In this document: positions 61,037-64,000 of the stretch, piece after piece
Layout of the letters: each line of letters opens with the position of its first letter
Numbering within the stretch: position 1 is the first letter of the stretch
DNA from: an uncultured delta proteobacterium
GTDB lineage: Bacteria > Desulfobacterota > Binatia > UBA9968
DNA length: 64,000 nt
Reading direction: 5' to 3'
NCBI GenBank assembly: GCA_963737905.1
Contig: CAVTUQ010000026.1
Coordinates: forward strand, 128,001 to 192,000
The notes under the pieces: model-generated
What the model was told of the DNA's origin: nothing
Database searches by the model: none
Seen by the model: the letters and a program-made list of their open reading frames with translations, nothing else
Program-made: the position numbers and the translations under genes

Positions 61037-64000
61037 ATACACTTCGCCGCCGTCTGTTCTCATCCGTCCAGCAGAGCAAACTCAGTTGTCCGCCGATGAC
61101 AAAATAGAAAGAGTCGAATCTTCCAAAGGCTCGATCGAGCATATTAGTAATGACCTGCGTTGTTTCCCGCTTTCCTACAGCCAGCAGAGACTCTGGTTCC
61201 TAGACCAGTTAGATCCACACCATCCTGTCTATAACATCTGTAAGGCGGAGCGCATCAAAGGCCGCCTCAATATTGAAGCCCTAGAATCGAGTCTTGCCAC
61301 GATTGTGCGGCGCCACGCAATTCTAAGGACTAGTTTTCCCAGCATCGACGGGGAACCAGTTCAGAGCATCGACGGAGATGCGCGAATAACACTGCTGCGG
61401 GTCGAACTCAGTCGATTCTCAAACGCTCAGAAGCAATATGAACTGGAACGGTTAATTAGCCATGAAGCGCGCGCTGGGTTCGACTTGGCCCAAGGCCCTT
61501 TATTGCGAGCCAGCCTGCTGATTTTGGATGCCGAGGAGTTTGTTTGGCTTTTTGCGGTTCACCAGATAATTTGGGATGGTTGGTCTTTCAAAGTTTTTTA
61601 TCGAGAGTTGGCGATTCTTTACGATGCGGTCGCTTCCGGCAGAACCGCGGCGCTTCCTGAACTTCCATTGCAATACGGGGATTACGCAATTTCGCAACGC
61701 GACGAAAATCGGGGAGAGCGGCTGGACTCTGAGCTCTCGTTTTGGCGGCAACGGCTCACCCAGAGTTCTCATCAACTGTTGCTTCCCACCGATCATCCCA
61801 GACCTCCTCGGCAAACTTATCTCGGGGTGAGGCGATCGGTTGTCCTGTCGGATTCCCTGAACAAGGGACTCAAGGAGTTGAGCCGGCGACAGGACACGAC
61901 TTTGTTTATGACTTTGTTGGCGGCTTTCGTCACGCTACTCCACCGTTATTCCGGACAGCCTGAAGTCGTCGTAGGTTGCCCTTTTGCCAATCGACAGCAT
62001 CCAGAGATAGAGAATCTGATTGGATCGTTTGTTAACACATTGGCGCTGAACACAACCGTTGTCGGAAATTCATCATTCACGGAACTTCTATCCGGGGTGC
62101 GGTCAATGTGTTTGGCGGCCTTGGCTCATCAAGACTTGCCCTTTGAGAGATTGGTGGAGGAACTGCAGCCCGAGCGGAAGTTGAATCATAATCCAATCTT
62201 TCAAACGTTCTTCGCGTTTCAGAATACCGCGTTGCCAAATTTATCGCTGCCGGGTCTGCACACGGAACCCATTGAGATAAACACGGGCACTTCGAAGTTT
62301 GACTTGACTCTTTCGCTAGCGGAACGTCACGGACGATTAACCGGCTTTTTCGAATACAGCACAGACTTATTTGAGCCGGCAAGAATCGAGCGGATGGCCG
62401 GGCACTTTGAAACTTTGCTAAAAAGTATTGTCGCCGATCCAAATCAGCCAATCTCAACAATCTCGATTCTCACCGAAGGTGAGCGTCAACAATTGTTGAT
62501 GGAGTGGAACGACACGGCCGCCGACTACCCCAAAGACTCCTGCATCCACGAGCTGTTTGAAGCCCAGGTTGAAAGGACACCGGAGGCCATTGCGGTCCAG
62601 TTCGAAGGAAAGCAGCTGACGTACCGGGAGCTAAATAGTCGGGCCAATCAGCTAGCGCATTACTTACAAGGACTTGGAGTCGGTCCAGAGAAGTTGGTTG
62701 GTATTTGCATCGAGCGGTCTTTGGAGATGGTTGTCGGATTATTAGGGATTCTCAAGGTCGGTGGCGCGTATGTGCCGCTCGATCCGGCGTATCCGCGAGA
62801 GCGGCTGGAATTCATGCTGACCGATGCACAGGTAGCGGTTCTGTTAACGCAGGAGGGCATCGTCGAGGATAGAGGATTGAGGATAGACGATGGCGACCCT
62901 CGATCGTCAATCCTCGATTCTCAGATGAAAGTGGTTCGTCTAGATCGAGACTGGAAAGAGATAGCAAGAGGAAGCGAAGAAAGCGCAGCAAGTAATGGGA
63001 CAGCGGAGAATTCAGCTTACGTCATCTACACATCGGGCTCAACGGGACAACCTAAAGGCGTTCAGGTTGCGCACCGCTCGGTCGTTAACTGTTTGCATGC
63101 GATCGGCCGGCAAGTGGAGCTGAAGGACAGCGATGTGTTCCTCGCGGTCACGACGATCTCTTTCGATATCGCGGCGCTGGAAATGTTTCTGCCATTGATG
63201 ACGGGGGCCAAGCTGGTCTTGGCGATGCGGTTTGAAGCCATTGACGAAGATGCGCTGCATTGTCGATTGACCGAGTCCGCGGCGACGGTCATGCAAGCGA
63301 CGCCTTCGACTTGGAAGCTTCTGCTCGATACCGGCTGGCATGGCAGCGAGAGTTTCAAGGTTCTCTGCGGCGGTGAAGCTTTGTCTCGCGAGTTGGCGAG
63401 TCAGTTGTTAAAGGGCGGCGCTTCAGTGTGGAATCTTTACGGACCGACGGAGACGACGATCTGGTCGACGATTCACAGAGTCGAACCGGGCGAAGGGCCA
63501 GTATCGATTGGCCGCCCGATTGCCAATACGCAGGTCTACATTCTTGACAACCATTTACAGCCGGTGGCGGTCGGTGTGGATGGTGAGCTTTTCATCGGCG
63601 GCGACGGCGTGGCACGGGGATATCTAAATCGACCGGAACTAACGGCAGAAACATTTATTCGAAATCCATTTCGCGATTATTCTGAGTCGTGCCTCTACCG
63701 AACCGGAGACCGCGCGCGCTTCCGAGCTGACGGAAACATCGAGTTCATGGGACGCGCAGACAATCAAGTAAAGATCCGTGGTTACCGAATCGAGCTGGGC
63801 GAGATTGAGAATGTTCTGAGTCATCATGCGGCGGTGAGAGAATGCGCGGTCGTCGCTTTCAATAAACCTGTGTCCGACTCCGATAATCGAGAATCCAAAA
63901 TCGAAAATCCAAAATCACTGGTCGCCTACATCGTGCGCATCGCTCGGATGCCTTCTGTTACTGACCTTCGAAACTTTTTAAGAGAAAAGCTTCCTGCACA
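61014..64000 (+). CDS. NRPS condensation + adenylation (Gly-type) domains, running off the window; probably continuous with 59168-61036 across a single-base frameshift
   Basis: Frame is open from 61014 with no ATG near the start. PLSYSQQRLWFL, RHAILRT, HQIIWDGWS, HQDLPFE, AYVPLDP, YTSGSTGQPKG, NLYGPTE, YRTGD. Confidence 0.9.

Overview
A 64 kb stretch of bacterial chromosome, fairly GC-rich and gene-dense. Its content (many amidohydrolases, UbiD enzymes, orphan solute-binding proteins, class III cyclases) resembles uncultured deltaproteobacterial/Binatia-like genomes; that taxonomy is an inference. From left to right: (1) 0.6-9 kb, a partner-switching cluster with no sigma factor gene: an NCS2 permease carrying an RsbW-like tail, a HAMP-PP2C-RsbW fusion, a GAF-PP2C protein, two STAS proteins and an MBL hydrolase with a GHKL-like tail. 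It is heavily frameshifted, probably by sequencing indels. (2) 9-28.7 kb, transport and aromatic/N-heterocycle catabolism genes: two UbiD, CoxMSL-like molybdoenzyme, amidohydrolases, 3-hydroxyanthranilate dioxygenase. (3) 28.9-31.5 kb, a decayed integron with intI co-oriented with its cassettes, a promoter, attI, a RelA/SpoT-domain cassette with a clear attC, and a deletion-broken BrnT/BrnA module. (4) 34.8-57.4 kb, a signalling region: two histidine kinases, response regulators, a sigma-54 activator with two sigma-54 promoters, three class III cyclases, a FecR-TPR-beta-barrel receptor and small Cys-pair proteins. (5) 57.5-64 kb, a UbiD gene abutting an NRPS (A-T-C-A...) that runs off the window. 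Several families of short palindromic and tandem-inverted repeats are scattered throughout. No rRNA, tRNA or CRISPR array was recognised. All calls come from motif reading only.
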